Source of the DNA: an uncultured delta proteobacterium
GTDB taxonomy: Bacteria; Myxococcota; Myxococcia; Myxococcales; Myxococcaceae
Direction: 5' to 3'
NCBI GenBank assembly: GCA_963776345.1
Contig: CAVZMH010000017.1
Span: forward strand, 224,001-288,000
DNA: 64,000 bases
Part shown: positions 42,034 through 54,131 of the stretch, in pieces
Position numbering within the stretch: position 1 is the stretch's first letter
Layout of the letters: each line of letters opens with the position of its first letter
Notes under the pieces: generated by a model
Told to the model about the DNA's origin: nothing
Database searches by the model: none
What the model saw: only the letters and a program-made list of their open reading frames with translations
Translations under genes and position numbers: made by a program

Positions 42034-43317
42034 ATGGCCCAGGCGCTCGAGGACCGGAGCCCGCCGGTGTCGCTGCCGCTGCAGAGCAAGATCCTGGTCT
42101 CGCACTTCCTGCTGGCGATGGTGCTGTTCGGCACGCTCCAGCTGGTGCGCAACGTCCCCTGGGTGCTCCAGGCGCTGGTCGCCGGGGTGCTCACCCTGGT
42201 CCTCGCGCTCCTGCTCCCGGCGGTGCTGGCCCGCGTCTCCCGCCTCCGCTCTCTCAGCCGGAGCGCGCTCGACATCTCCCGTGGCGACCTCGCCTCGCCG
42301 GTCAGCACCGACCCGAGCCTCGGGCGCGACGAGATCGACGAGCTCACCACCGCCATCGGCAACATGCAGGAGAACCTGCGCGAGCTGGTGGGCCACATCC
42401 AGCACACCGCGGCCAGCGTGGCCGACTCGGCCAACGAGCTGCAGCGCTCGGCGGAGAACGTCAACGCCGCCACCACCGAGGTCGGCACCTCCATCCGGAA
42501 GATCGCCCTCGGCGCGGGCACCCAGTCGGACCTGGTGGCCCGCGCCCAGAAGGTCATCGGCGAGATGGCGGGGAGCATCCAGCGCACGGCGCTGTCGGCC
42601 GAGGACGCCGCGCTCGCCGCCGGCGAGACCTCGGTGGCAGCCGAGCAGGGCAGCAAGGCCGCGCGGCTCGCCGGGGAGAAGGTGAACAAGGTCTTCAGCC
42701 GCGTGGAGAGCGCGAGCCAGGAGGTCTTCGCCTTCGGGGAGAAGACCCAGGAGATCTCCAAGATCGTCGACGTCATCACCCAGGTGGCGCAGCAGACGAA
42801 TCTCCTGGCGCTCAACGCCACCATCGAGGCCGCGCGGGCCGGCGAGTACGGGCGCGGGTTTGCCGTGGTGGCCGACGAGGTCCGCAAGCTCGCCGAGTCC
42901 GCGGGCAAGAGCGCGGAGCAGATCAGCAAGCTCGCCCGCGACATCTCCGGCCAGTCCACCGCGGTGGTCTCGGCGATGAAGCAGGGCATCGAGGAGCTCA
43001 CCGAGGGTCGCGAGGACCTGGGGACCATCGTCCGCTCGATGGGGAGCATCACCGACACCGCCCGCAAGGGTGCGGAGAAGGTGCACCTCATCAGCCAGAG
43101 CGCCCGCGAGCAGCTCGCCGGCAGCGAGGAGATGGTGAAGGCGGTGGGGGAGATCTCCGAGGTGGCCGAGGCCAACGCCGGCTCCACCGAGGCGGCGAGC
43201 CGGCCCATCGAGGACCAGACCTCCGCCGTGGCCCGCCTGACCTCCGCGGCGCAGGAGCTCAACAACCTCAGCCTCGAGCTGCAGAGCGTGGTGCGCCGGT
43301 TCCGGCTCGGGTCGTGA
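42034..43317 (+). CDS. difA: methyl-accepting chemotaxis protein lacking a periplasmic domain (DifA-like)
   Basis: Two adjacent TMs, HAMP (DEIDEL), [34 protein letters not shown]. Confidence 0.85.
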   Translation: MAQALEDRSPPVSLPLQSKILVSHFLLAMVLFGTLQLVRNVPWVLQALVAGVLTLVLALLLPAVLARVSRLRSLSRSALDISRGDLASPVSTDPSLGRDEIDELTTAIGNMQENLRELVGHIQHTAASVADSANELQRSAENVNAATTEVGTSIRKIALGAGTQSDLVARAQKVIGEMAGSIQRTALSAEDAALAAGETSVAAEQGSKAARLAGEKVNKVFSRVESASQEVFAFGEKTQEISKIVDVITQVAQQTNLLALNATIEAARAGEYGRGFAVVADEVRKLAESAGKSAEQISKLARDISGQSTAVVSAMKQGIEELTEGREDLGTIVRSMGSITDTARKGAEKVHLISQSAREQLAGSEEMVKAVGEISEVAEANAGSTEAASRPIEDQTSAVARLTSAAQELNNLSLELQSVVRRFRLGS

Positions 43318-43790
43318 GCGCTCCCGCCAGCTCTGCCGGCAAGGGTGCGACGGCATCCGACCGCGGGCCCGTGCAGCACGTGGTCTTTCGAGTCGACACG
43401 ACACGCTACGCGCTGCCTCTCGCCGCGGTGCGCGAAGTGGTGGTTCAGCCCGAGGGCCTGGTGCGCGTGCCGCGGGCGCCGGGGCCGGTGTTGGGGGTGG
43501 TGAACCTCCGTGGCCGGGTGGTGACGGTGGTGGACTTCCCCCTGCTGCTCGAGCTCCCCAGCCCGGCCCAGCCGCAGCGGAAGCTGATCCTCCTCGACCG
43601 CGGCCGCCGCGACCTGGCCCTCAGCGTGACCGACGTCGAGGGCATCGAGACGGTGGAGAAAGTGTCAACACAGCCACGCGAGTCACGCGCCCCGGTGCGC
43701 GGGGTGACCCGGGTCAAGGGTGTGGCGGTGACGGTGCTGGACGCGGACGCGCTCGACGTCGCGGTGACACGCCTCTTCGACCGCGGCTAA
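43314..43790 (+). CDS. cheW: CheW coupling protein (DifC-like)
   Basis: [29 protein letters not shown]. Confidence 0.92.
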   Translation: MSAPASSAGKGATASDRGPVQHVVFRVDTTRYALPLAAVREVVVQPEGLVRVPRAPGPVLGVVNLRGRVVTVVDFPLLLELPSPAQPQRKLILLDRGRRDLALSVTDVEGIETVEKVSTQPRESRAPVRGVTRVKGVAVTVLDADALDVAVTRLFDRG

Positions 43791-43826
43791 CATCCACCGC
43801 CTCTCCCTGGGCTCCCTGACGTCCAC

Positions 43827-44204
43827 ATGCCGAAGCGAGTGCTGATCGTCGACGACGCGGTGTTCATGCGGAACATGATCCGCGACATCTTCAGCTCCGG
43901 CGGGTACGAGGTCGTGGGCGAGGCCTCCCACGGCATCGAGGCCATCGAGAAGTACCGCGCGCTGAAGCCGGACCTCACCACCATGGACATCGTCATGCCG
44001 TACAAGAGCGGCATCGAGGCCACCCGGGAGATCGTCAAGGGCGACCCCCGGGCGGTGGTGGTCATCTGCTCGGCGCTGGGCCAGGAGTCGCTGGTGATGG
44101 AGGCGATCGAGGCCGGTGCCGCCGACTTCATCGTCAAGCCGTTCCGAGCCGAGGACGTCCTGGCGGTGGTGACGAAGGTCCTGGGCGAGAAGCCCAAGGT
44201 GTAG
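43827..44204 (+). CDS. cheY: CheY-like response regulator (DifD-like)
   Basis: LIVDDAVFMR, MDIVMP, CSALGQ, FIVKPF. Confidence 0.93.
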   Translation: MPKRVLIVDDAVFMRNMIRDIFSSGGYEVVGEASHGIEAIEKYRALKPDLTTMDIVMPYKSGIEATREIVKGDPRAVVVICSALGQESLVMEAIEAGAADFIVKPFRAEDVLAVVTKVLGEKPKV

Positions 44205-44224
44205 CCCTGGCCGCGACGCTCGAC

Positions 44225-46126
44225 ATGTCCCGCTACCTCGGGCTCTTCGTGGCCGAGGCCTCCGAGCACCTCGAGGCGCTGGGCCGCGACCTGGTCGCCC
44301 TGGAGGGCACGCCGGACGGCGAGACGGTGGACTCGCTCTTCCGCCACGCCCACTCGGTGAAGGGCATGGCGGCGTCCATGGGGCTCGAGCCCATCGCCCA
44401 GCTCGCGCACCGGGTGGAGGACCTGGTCGACGTCGCCCGCCGGGTCCCCGGAGCGCTCGGGCGCGAGCGGGTGGACCTGCTCCTCACCGCCGCCGACGCG
44501 ATGCTGGCCCTGGTCCGCGCCACCGGCGAGGGGAACGCGCCCGCGCCCCAGCCCGAGCTGCTCGGCCGCCTCGGCGAGGCGGTGACCGCGCTCACCGGCG
44601 AGGCCCCGCGGCCGACCAAGGTGGCCCGGGTGGAGGCGCTGGTGCAGCCGGTCGTCCCGCTGGACCCGGGCCGGTACGAGGTTCGCTTCCGCATCCTCCC
44701 CGCCGCGCAGAGCCCGGGTCCGCGCGCCTTCCTGGTCTACAAGAAGCTCGCCGGCCTGGGCACCGTGACCAACCTCCGGCCGCCACTCGAGGACCTGCGC
44801 GCGGGGGCCATCCCCGACGGGCGGGTGGCCCTGGTGCTGGAGACCGACGGCGGGCTCGAGCCGGTGCGTTCGGCGCTGGGGCTGGTGCCCGAGGTCGAGC
44901 TGCTCTCCGCCGAGCGGATGGCCGACCAGACCCCTCCCGAGCCGCCCTCCGCCGCCGGGCCAGCCCCCGAGCCCGCGCGCACGGTGCGCGTCCGCACCGA
45001 GCTGCTGGACGACTTCCTGGAGATGGCCGGCGAGCTCCTGCTCGCCACCGCCCGGCTGCGCGACATCGGCCGCCGCTTCCCCGAGCACGAGCGGCCGGCG
45101 CTGGACGAGGGCGTGGACCGGCTCCACGCGCTGGTGAAGGACCTCCACGGCAAGGTGATGGGCGCGCGGATGACGCCGGTGGCGGTGGTCACCGACCAGC
45201 TCCCCCGCGCGGCCCGCGACCTCGCCCGGAAGCGCGGCAAGGACGTGGAGGTCACCGTCACCGGGGCGGAGATCGAGATCGACCGCGCCATCCTCGATGC
45301 CATCGCCGAGCCGCTTCTCCACATCCTCCGGAACGCCGTCGACCACGGCATCGAGGAGCCCGAGGGACGGGCCGCGGCGGGAAAGCCGGCGCGCGGCCGG
45401 CTGCGCATCGCGGTGCGCCGCACCCGCGAGCGCGTGGTGCTGGAGGTCGACGACGACGGGCGGGGGATGGATCCGGAGCGGCTCCGCGCCGCCGCCGTGG
45501 CCCGGGGCAAGCTGAGCGCCGAGTCCGCGGTCCGGCTCTCCCCCCGGGAGGCGCTGCTGCTCGCCTGCCTCCCCGGTGTCTCCACCGCGACCGACGTCGA
45601 CGACGTCAGCGGCCGGGGCGTGGGGATGGACGCGGTGAAGCGCTCCGTCGAGTCCCTCGGCGGGGCGCTGGAGCTCGACTCGCAGCCCGGGCGCGGGACG
45701 CGGGTGACGCTCCGGCTGCCGCTCACGGTGGCGGTGGTGCAGCTGCTCCTGGTCCGCGCCGGGGGCGAGGTGCTCGGCCTCCCCATCACCAAGGTGCTCG
45801 GGGCGGTCGAGGTGCCGGACTCTGCGCTCCAGCGCTCTCCGTCCGCCGACCTCCTCAGCTACGGGCAGGCGCTCGTCCCGGCACACGACCTGGCGCGGCT
45901 CCTGGGACTCCCCGACGGGCGGCCGCCCGGCACCCGCCCCTGGGTGGTGATGGAGTCCGAGGAGGGCACCGTGGCCCTGGGCGTCGAGGCGCTGCTCGGG
46001 CAGGAGGAGGCGGTGCTGAAGGCGCTCTCCCGTCCGCTGGACCGGGTGAGCGGCCTCGCCGGGGTCACCATCCTGGGCAACGGGCGCCCGGTGTTCATCC
46101 TCGACGTCCCGAGGCTGCTGGCCTGA
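44225..46126 (+). CDS. cheA: CheA histidine kinase (DifE-like)
   Basis: Hpt FRHAHSVKG, HILRNAVDHGIE, DDGRG, SGRGVGMD, C-terminal CheW domain. Confidence 0.95.
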   Translation: MSRYLGLFVAEASEHLEALGRDLVALEGTPDGETVDSLFRHAHSVKGMAASMGLEPIAQLAHRVEDLVDVARRVPGALGRERVDLLLTAADAMLALVRATGEGNAPAPQPELLGRLGEAVTALTGEAPRPTKVARVEALVQPVVPLDPGRYEVRFRILPAAQSPGPRAFLVYKKLAGLGTVTNLRPPLEDLRAGAIPDGRVALVLETDGGLEPVRSALGLVPEVELLSAERMADQTPPEPPSAAGPAPEPARTVRVRTELLDDFLEMAGELLLATARLRDIGRRFPEHERPALDEGVDRLHALVKDLHGKVMGARMTPVAVVTDQLPRAARDLARKRGKDVEVTVTGAEIEIDRAILDAIAEPLLHILRNAVDHGIEEPEGRAAAGKPARGRLRIAVRRTRERVVLEVDDDGRGMDPERLRAAAVARGKLSAESAVRLSPREALLLACLPGVSTATDVDDVSGRGVGMDAVKRSVESLGGALELDSQPGRGTRVTLRLPLTVAVVQLLLVRAGGEVLGLPITKVLGAVEVPDSALQRSPSADLLSYGQALVPAHDLARLLGLPDGRPPGTRPWVVMESEEGTVALGVEALLGQEEAVLKALSRPLDRVSGLAGVTILGNGRPVFILDVPRLLA

Positions 46127-46140
46127 CGCCTGCCCACCCG

Positions 46141-46668
46141 ATGCTCGCGCTGGCGGTTCACCTCCTGCTCCTCGGCACTCCGGTGCTCTCCGACGCCGAC
46201 CTCCGGGTCGCGGAGCGGCTGGCGTGGCGCGCCGGCGTCCCGAAGGGCGCGCTGGAGTCGCTCTCCACCGACGTCACCGGCGACGGCGCCCCCGACGTGG
46301 TGCTCCTCACCCGCACCGCGGATCGCCTGGTGCTCTTCGTGGCCGAGGGCCCCGTCTCGCCGGTCGGCCGGTGGTGGCGGGTGGACCTGCACCAGGGGAC
46401 GGGAGCGGGCGAGCTGTGCGTGCCGGCGCGCGCGGTCCGGGTCCACGTCGAGGACCACGGTGTCGTCTCCCACGCCCTGGAGTGCGACCGGGAGCGGACC
46501 GGCGCCTGTCCCACCCCGCAGGGCCGGGCGCTCCGGGTCGAGCCCCCCTCGCCCGCCCGCTGCCCGGCGGTGCACGTCTTCTTCGATGGCAGTGACCTGC
46601 GCTTCTGGAGCGGTGTCGGGCCGGGCGAGGCGCGCGCCAGCATTCCAGCCGGCGCCTTTGCGCCGTAG
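46141..46668 (+). CDS. hypothetical secreted protein
   Basis: Signal-like N-terminus, DVTGDGAPD motif, 4 Cys; fills the gap between cheA and cheC. Confidence 0.55.
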   Translation: MLALAVHLLLLGTPVLSDADLRVAERLAWRAGVPKGALESLSTDVTGDGAPDVVLLTRTADRLVLFVAEGPVSPVGRWWRVDLHQGTGAGELCVPARAVRVHVEDHGVVSHALECDRERTGACPTPQGRALRVEPPSPARCPAVHVFFDGSDLRFWSGVGPGEARASIPAGAFAP

Positions 46669-46677
46669 GGTAGACCC

Positions 46678-47256
46678 GTGCCCGCCGAGCTCACCGAGCC
46701 CCAGGCCGACGCGCTCCGAGAGCTGACCAACGTCGCCGCCGGACATGCCGCCCGTGCGCTCTCCACACTGCTCGGGGGCGAGAAGTTCGGGCTCTGGCCG
46801 CCGCTGGTCCGCCTGCTCGACCGCGCGCAGCTCACCGCGCTGCTCGGTGGCAAGGGCGCGCCCCTCACCTCGCTGAGCGCCGAGCTCCGTGGCGACGTGG
46901 GGGGCGCGCTCGGCCTGGTGTTCTCCGAGCCGCACGTGCAGACGCTCACCTCCCGGCTGCTGGGGGCCGCGGGCGAGCGGGTCCAGACGCCCGAGGTGGC
47001 GCTCCGCGACGCGGCCAATCAGGTGTACGCCGCGGCGCTCGATGCCGTGGCCCGGCTGAGCGGCGTCCGGGCGCTGCACTCGGTCCCGCTGGTCGGCGAG
47101 GGCCCGGCGGAGATGGTCGCCCGGATGTGCCTCCCGGAGGAGCGGGGGTGGGTGCTGGAGGCCGAGCTGTACGCCTCGCCGCTCTCCGGGCGCTTCCTGC
47201 TCCTGCCCGACCCGGCCGGTCTGGCGACGTTCCTCCGCGGCCTGAAGATGGCCTGA
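46678..47256 (+). CDS. cheC: CheC-family phosphatase (DifG-like)
   Basis: DALRELTNVAAGHAA.ALS motif; second repeat ALRDAANQV is degenerate. Confidence 0.85.
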   Translation: MPAELTEPQADALRELTNVAAGHAARALSTLLGGEKFGLWPPLVRLLDRAQLTALLGGKGAPLTSLSAELRGDVGGALGLVFSEPHVQTLTSRLLGAAGERVQTPEVALRDAANQVYAAALDAVARLSGVRALHSVPLVGEGPAEMVARMCLPEERGWVLEAELYASPLSGRFLLLPDPAGLATFLRGLKMA

Positions 47257-47263
47257 GCCCAGC

Positions 47264-48028
47264 GTGGATCCGGCCCGGCTCAGGAAGCTCCTCGAGGACG
47301 TGAAGCGCGGCCGCGCCACGGTCGACGAGGCCACGCGCGCCCTGACCGACCTGCCCTTCGCCGAGCTGGGCTACGCCACCGTCGACACCCACCGCAGCGT
47401 CCGCTTCGGCTTCCCCGAGGTGGTGTACGGCGAGGGCAAGACGGCCGAGCAGCTGCTGGGCATCGTGGAGGTGCTGGTCCGCCGGAAGCAGCCGGTCCTG
47501 GTGACGCGCCTCACCGAGGAGAGGGCGGCCCCGCTGCTCGCCCGCTGGCCGAAGGCCCGCTTCCACCCCGAGGCCCGCATCTTCCACCTCCCCCAGGGGC
47601 GCCCCCGGGCGGGCCGCGTCGCAGTCGCCTGCGCGGGGACCAGCGACCTCCCGGTGGCCGAGGAGGCGGCGCTCACCGCCGAGGCGATGGGGGCCACCGT
47701 GGCCCGCATCTACGACGTGGGCGTCGCCGGCCTGCACCGGCTCCTCCGGCGAAGGAGCGAGATCCAGGAGGCCCAGGTGGCGGTCGCCGTCGCCGGCATG
47801 GAGGGCGCGCTGGCCTCCGTCGTCGGTGGGCTGGTGGGCATCCCGGTGGTGGCGGTTCCGACCAGCGTCGGCTACGGAGCGAACTTCCAGGGCCTCTCCG
47901 CCCTGCTCACCATGCTCAACTCCTGCGCCTCCAACGTCGCCGTGGTGAACATCGACAACGGCTTCGGCGCCGGCTTCTACGCGGCGCTGGTCTCGCGCAG
48001 CGCCACCCGGAGGGGCAGGGGCCGATGA
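47264..48028 (+). CDS. larB: nickel-pincer cofactor biosynthesis protein LarB
   Basis: D.HR..RFGFPEVVYGEGK, AGTSDLPVAEEA, DVGVAGLHR, AGMEGAL, VPTSVGYG, NIDNGFGA. Confidence 0.95.
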   Translation: MDPARLRKLLEDVKRGRATVDEATRALTDLPFAELGYATVDTHRSVRFGFPEVVYGEGKTAEQLLGIVEVLVRRKQPVLVTRLTEERAAPLLARWPKARFHPEARIFHLPQGRPRAGRVAVACAGTSDLPVAEEAALTAEAMGATVARIYDVGVAGLHRLLRRRSEIQEAQVAVAVAGMEGALASVVGGLVGIPVVAVPTSVGYGANFQGLSALLTMLNSCASNVAVVNIDNGFGAGFYAALVSRSATRRGRGR

Positions 48029-49200
48029 GCGGGTCCACGGTGCTCTACCTCGAGCCGGTGGGCGGCATCGCCGGGGACATGGTCCTCGCCGCGATGCTCG
48101 ACCTCGGCGTGGACCGGGAGGCGCTCGAGGCCCCGCTCCGCACCCTGGGGCTCGACGGCTGGGGGCTCGAGGTGAGCCGCGCCGTCCGCCAGGCCATCTC
48201 CGGCGTGCACCTCGAGGTGACGGTGTCCTCCGAGGTCCCCCACGTCCACCGCGGGCTGACCGAGATCCTCGGCCGCATCGAGGCGAGCGCGCTCCCGCCG
48301 CGGGCCAGGGCCCAGGCCCGGGCGGTGTTCGAGGTCATCGGCCGCGCCGAGGCGAAGATCCACGACGTGCCGCTCGAGTCGGTCCACTTCCACGAGGTGG
48401 GCGCGGTCGACAGCATCGTCGACGTCTGCGGCGCGGCGCTGGCGCTGGAGCTGCTCGGTCAGCCCGAGGTGGTCTCCGCCCCGCCGCCCCTCGGCAGCGG
48501 CATGGTGGAGACGATGCACGGCCGCTTCCCGGTGCCGGCGCCCGCCACGCTGGAGATCCTCCGGGACCTCCCGGTGCGCTTCGAGGGCCAGGGCGAGCTC
48601 ACCACCCCCACCGGCGCGGCGCTGCTCCGGGCGCTGACCCGGCCCGGGCCGCCGCCCCCGATGCGCCTGCTCCGCACCGGCTACGGGCTCGGCCGCCGGG
48701 AGCTGCCCGACCGCCCCAATGTGCTCCGGGCGACGCTCGGCACCCGCGTCGACGGCCCGGCGGAGGACGTCTGGGAGCTGGCGGTCACCCTCGACGACGC
48801 CACGCCGCAGCTGCTCGGCTACCTGGTGGAGCAGCTCGTCGGCCATGGCGCCCTGGACGCCTGGGTGGCGCCGGTGACGCTCAAGAAGAGCCGGCCCGGG
48901 CACGTCCTCTCGGTGCTGGTCGCCGGGGCCGACCGCGAGCGGGTGGTCCGGCGCCTCCTCACCGAGTCGCCCACGCTGGGAGTGCGGGCCTGGCCCGTCC
49001 ACCGGACGACGCTCGACCGCGCCCACGTGGAGGTGGAGACCCCCCAGGGGCCGGTCCGGGTCAAGGTGGGGAGCCTCGACGGGGTGGCCCTGAACGCCGC
49101 GCCCGAGTACGAGGACGTCCGGGCCCGCGCCGAGGCCGCCGGGGTCCCCTTCAAGCAGGTGTGGGCCGAGGCGCTGGCGGCATACGCTCGGCGGCGATGA
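48025..49200 (+). CDS. larC: nickel-pincer cofactor nickel insertase LarC
   Basis: GIAGDM, VHFHEVGAVDSIVD, PVPAPAT, ELTTPTGAA, KKSRPG, PEYED. Confidence 0.95.
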   Translation: MSGSTVLYLEPVGGIAGDMVLAAMLDLGVDREALEAPLRTLGLDGWGLEVSRAVRQAISGVHLEVTVSSEVPHVHRGLTEILGRIEASALPPRARAQARAVFEVIGRAEAKIHDVPLESVHFHEVGAVDSIVDVCGAALALELLGQPEVVSAPPPLGSGMVETMHGRFPVPAPATLEILRDLPVRFEGQGELTTPTGAALLRALTRPGPPPPMRLLRTGYGLGRRELPDRPNVLRATLGTRVDGPAEDVWELAVTLDDATPQLLGYLVEQLVGHGALDAWVAPVTLKKSRPGHVLSVLVAGADRERVVRRLLTESPTLGVRAWPVHRTTLDRAHVEVETPQGPVRVKVGSLDGVALNAAPEYEDVRARAEAAGVPFKQVWAEALAAYARRR

Positions 49201-49241
49201 CATGGTGCTCCGGGGAGCCGGAGCGGAAACGGGAGGACGAG

Positions 49242-49595
49242 ATGCCCGAACAGCAATGGGACGACAGGTTGCTCGAGTTCGTGAGGAAGACCGGCGAGGA
49301 CCTGAAGCGCACCGGGGAGGAGCTCCTCGGCGAGGCCCAGCGGACGATCGACGAGCTACGGGACCCCGCGCAGCAGGAACGGCTGAAGGCGCGTGTGGCC
49401 GAGCTGCGCACCTGGGCCAAGTCCAAGTTCATCGAGGCCCGGGGCCGCGCCGAGGAGGCGCTCGGCGTCGAGCGACCGAAGAAGGCACCCACCCGGTCGG
49501 GCAAGGCCGCAGGAAAGGCGCGGAAGAAGGCGAAGGGCGCCGCGCGGACCACCCGCCGTCCGGGCGCGAGACGGCCAGGAAAGCGTCGTCGCTGA
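49242..49595 (+). CDS. hypothetical helical protein with Lys/Arg-rich tail
   Basis: GGAGG upstream; amphipathic helix MPEQQWDDRLLEFVRKTGEDLKR; histone-like basic C-terminus. Confidence 0.7.
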   Translation: MPEQQWDDRLLEFVRKTGEDLKRTGEELLGEAQRTIDELRDPAQQERLKARVAELRTWAKSKFIEARGRAEEALGVERPKKAPTRSGKAAGKARKKAKGAARTTRRPGARRPGKRRR

Positions 49596-49641
49596 GTCCC
49601 CCGCCCGACGTCCGCGACCTGTGTCAGAATTGGCAGCTCCG

Positions 49642-50346
49642 GTGGGCTCTGAATCAGGCAAGTTTTCCGCGGACATCGGCGAGGACGTCATCGCCGCGGC
49701 CCTGAAGAGCGTCGAGAAGCAGCGCGATTCGGCCGCGGCCGAGGAGTCGCCGCCTCCGCCGGTCGACGGCGCCGCGGACGAGCTCGTCTCGCTCAGGGCC
49801 AGGGTGGAGGCGCTCGAGCGCGAGCTCTCCACCCAGGTCGATCAGGAGCGGGAGCGCACGCTCCGGGCCGCGGCGGACCTGGACAACGCGCGCAAGCGGG
49901 CGCAGCGCGATCGGGACGAGGTCGTCCGCTACGGGCTGGAGCGTGTCCTGAAGGACCTGCTCCCCGTCATCGACAACCTGGACCGTGCGCTCGACCTCGG
50001 CGACCGGACCGGCAAGTGGGAGGACCTCGCCGAGGGCGTGCGGATGACGCGGAAGCTGCTCGAGGACACGCTGGCCAAGCAGGGCCTGAAGGCGTTCAGC
50101 GCGCGGGGGCAGCCGTTCGACCCGCACCTGCACGAGGCCATGGGCCACGAGGATCGGGAGGACCTCCCGGTGAACAGCGTCAGCACCGAGGTGCTCCGCG
50201 GCTACACCCTCCACGACCGTCTGGTACGCCCGGCCCTGGTGATGGTGGCCCGGAGGCCGGAGACTGCGGAGCCAGCCGCCGCCGCCCCGGCTGTGGCCGA
50301 GGCGGCCCCACCGTCGTCTGAGACCGAAGCCTCCGGGGAGGGCTAG
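49642..50346 (+). CDS. grpE: nucleotide exchange factor GrpE
   Basis: ADLDNARKR, LLPVIDNLDRAL, FDPHLHEAM, GYTLHDRLVRPALV; start uncertain (49621/49630/49642). Confidence 0.93.
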   Translation: MGSESGKFSADIGEDVIAAALKSVEKQRDSAAAEESPPPPVDGAADELVSLRARVEALERELSTQVDQERERTLRAAADLDNARKRAQRDRDEVVRYGLERVLKDLLPVIDNLDRALDLGDRTGKWEDLAEGVRMTRKLLEDTLAKQGLKAFSARGQPFDPHLHEAMGHEDREDLPVNSVSTEVLRGYTLHDRLVRPALVMVARRPETAEPAAAAPAVAEAAPPSSETEASGEG

Positions 50347-50355
50347 AGCGCGGCC

Positions 50356-52184
<1,829 letters not shown>

Positions 52185-52188
<4 letters not shown>

Positions 52189-52589
52189 CCCGCGGTTCGG
52201 TCGCCGCCCGCTGGGCGGTCCGCGCGGCGGCGCTCTCCACGATGAGCTGCGGCTCGGGAGGGCCGATCGACCACGACCTCGGGTCGCTCGTCACCATCGT
52301 CCAGGGCATCTACGGTCAGGTGTATTCGGTGAGCGACGTCTGCCCCGCCGGGACCTGTCCCGAGACAGCGGTCAGCGTCGACCTGACCGTCACCGGCAAC
52401 GCGCTGGCGAGCGCGGCGACCGTCCGTTCCGCGGGGCGGCTCGGGTTCTACGAGCTCGCCCTGCCCGTGGGCGACTTCGAGATCTGCGCACCGGAGGGAC
52501 CCCAGCACTGCACCAGCTTCTCGGTGAGCGCAGGGGCACGGCAAAGGCGGGATCTGGAGTACGGGCTCCTCGGTGGGTTCTGGCACTGA
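52185..52589 (+). CDS. hypothetical lipoprotein
   Basis: ATGA overlap with the dnaK stop; possible lipobox [13 protein letters not shown]. Confidence 0.6.
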
Positions 52590-52608
52590 GGGTCGCGCGG
52601 TCGCCGCC

Positions 52609-53947
52609 GTGACCGGAGAGGGCTCCGGCCCGCGGCAGAGTTCATCCCGCTCGCTGGACGTGGTGCTCCTCGGGGTCGGCTGGGTCCTGCTCTGGGCGTT
52701 CGAGCCGCACCATGTCGAGGCCGATGGGGCCATTCGCTTCCAGGCGCTGCGCGCGCTGGTCGAGAACGGCCGCTGGTCGCTCCACGGAGTTCGCCCTGCT
52801 GGGAACGCTGCTGGCCGCGCCGCTGTACCTGCTCGGGCGCTGGGTGGAGTCACCGGAATGGTGGGTGGCCCGGTACAACGTCATCCTCGCCGGCCTGGGG
52901 CTGGTCGCGCTCTGGCGTCTCCTCCGGACCCGGGTCGAGGGCGCGGTGCTGCGAGCGTTCCTCCTGCTCCTCCTCGCCGGCTCGATGCTCACCCACCAGC
53001 TGAGCGCGTTCGGCGCCGAGACGTTCAACGTCCTCGCGCTGGCCGTCGGGCTCGCCGCCTGGACCGGCGGACGGCAGCTGCTCGGCGGTGCGGCGCTCGC
53101 CCTCGGGATGGCCAACGTGCCGGCGACGAGCGTGGGGGTGGCGCTGGCCCTCGGTGACTGGGGCGTGCGCCATCGGCGGCTCCGCGCCGCGCTGCCGGTG
53201 GTGGCCTTCATCCTTCTCTGGCTCGGCGAGAACTGGCTGCGGCGGGGGCACCCGCTGCGCACGGGCTACGAGAGCAACGCCGGTTACCGGACGCTGCTCC
53301 CGTACTCGGGGCAACCGGGGTTCAGCTACCCGCTCCCGCTCGGCGCGCTCCAGCTGCTGCTCTCGTTCGGCAAGGGGCTGCTCTTCTTCGCGCCGGGGCT
53401 GTTCTTGCTCTTCCCCGCGGCACGGCGCGCGCTCCGGCTGGCGCGTCCGTTCCACCGCGCCTGCCTCTGGGTCGTCGCCGGGCTGGTGCTGGTCTACGGA
53501 CAGTGGTGGGCCTGGTACGGCGGCTACAGCTGGGGGCCCCGCTTCCTGGTCTTCGCCGCCGTCCCGGCATCGCTGCGCCTGGCGGCCGAGTGCGCACATC
53601 CCCCTCGGCGGCTGCTGCCCCTGCTCGCGGTGCTTGGCGCGCTGATGCTCTCGCTCTGGGGGGGATTCGACGGCGCGGTGCTGCGCTTCTGGAAGCAGGA
53701 AGCCTGCACCTTCAACAACTACGCGGTCGAGGCGTTCTGCTGGGACGTCCCCGAGTTCAGCGTGCTCGTCACGCCGTTCATCTGGGCGCCGCGGCTCGAC
53801 CCCGGCGCCTGGGCGCTGCTCGGCTACAGCGTGGTGCTCGCGCTGCGGGTCGGCGCCTCGCCGGCGGTCGCGCTGGTTCGGCGCATCGCCGCGGCCGTCT
53901 CAGGTGGCATCCGGGCCTGGCGCGAGGGGCCGAGCGTCGGTGTCTGA
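52609..53947 (+). CDS. polytopic membrane protein (GT-C-like), frameshifted near 52781
   Basis: TM then ADGAIRF; continues in another frame with GKGLLFFAP and WWAWYGGYSWGPRFL. Confidence 0.65.
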
Positions 53948-54131
53948 CTCCCCGCGAGCGCTCGAAGGTCAGCTCGAACCCCCTGGAATCCTTGCCCTCG
54001 TGGCCATGCTGGATCTCTCGCACCTACACCCGTAGCCTCACCTGCAATTCGGTCGCAAGTTCCTTCGACCGTTCGGAGTGGACGCCGGCCACCCTGCTCT
54101 GGCGCGTCACTCGTCAGGGGAGGTCGGAGGG

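Noticed and set aside
40692..45886. Long minus-strand ORFs opposite the epimerase and che genes
   Set aside because: Low-complexity antisense shadows of well-supported plus-strand genes
53939..53951. GGTGTCTGACTCC as a sixth member of the palindrome family
   Set aside because: One mismatch, no extended arms or tandem units, and it overlaps a stop codon; could be chance
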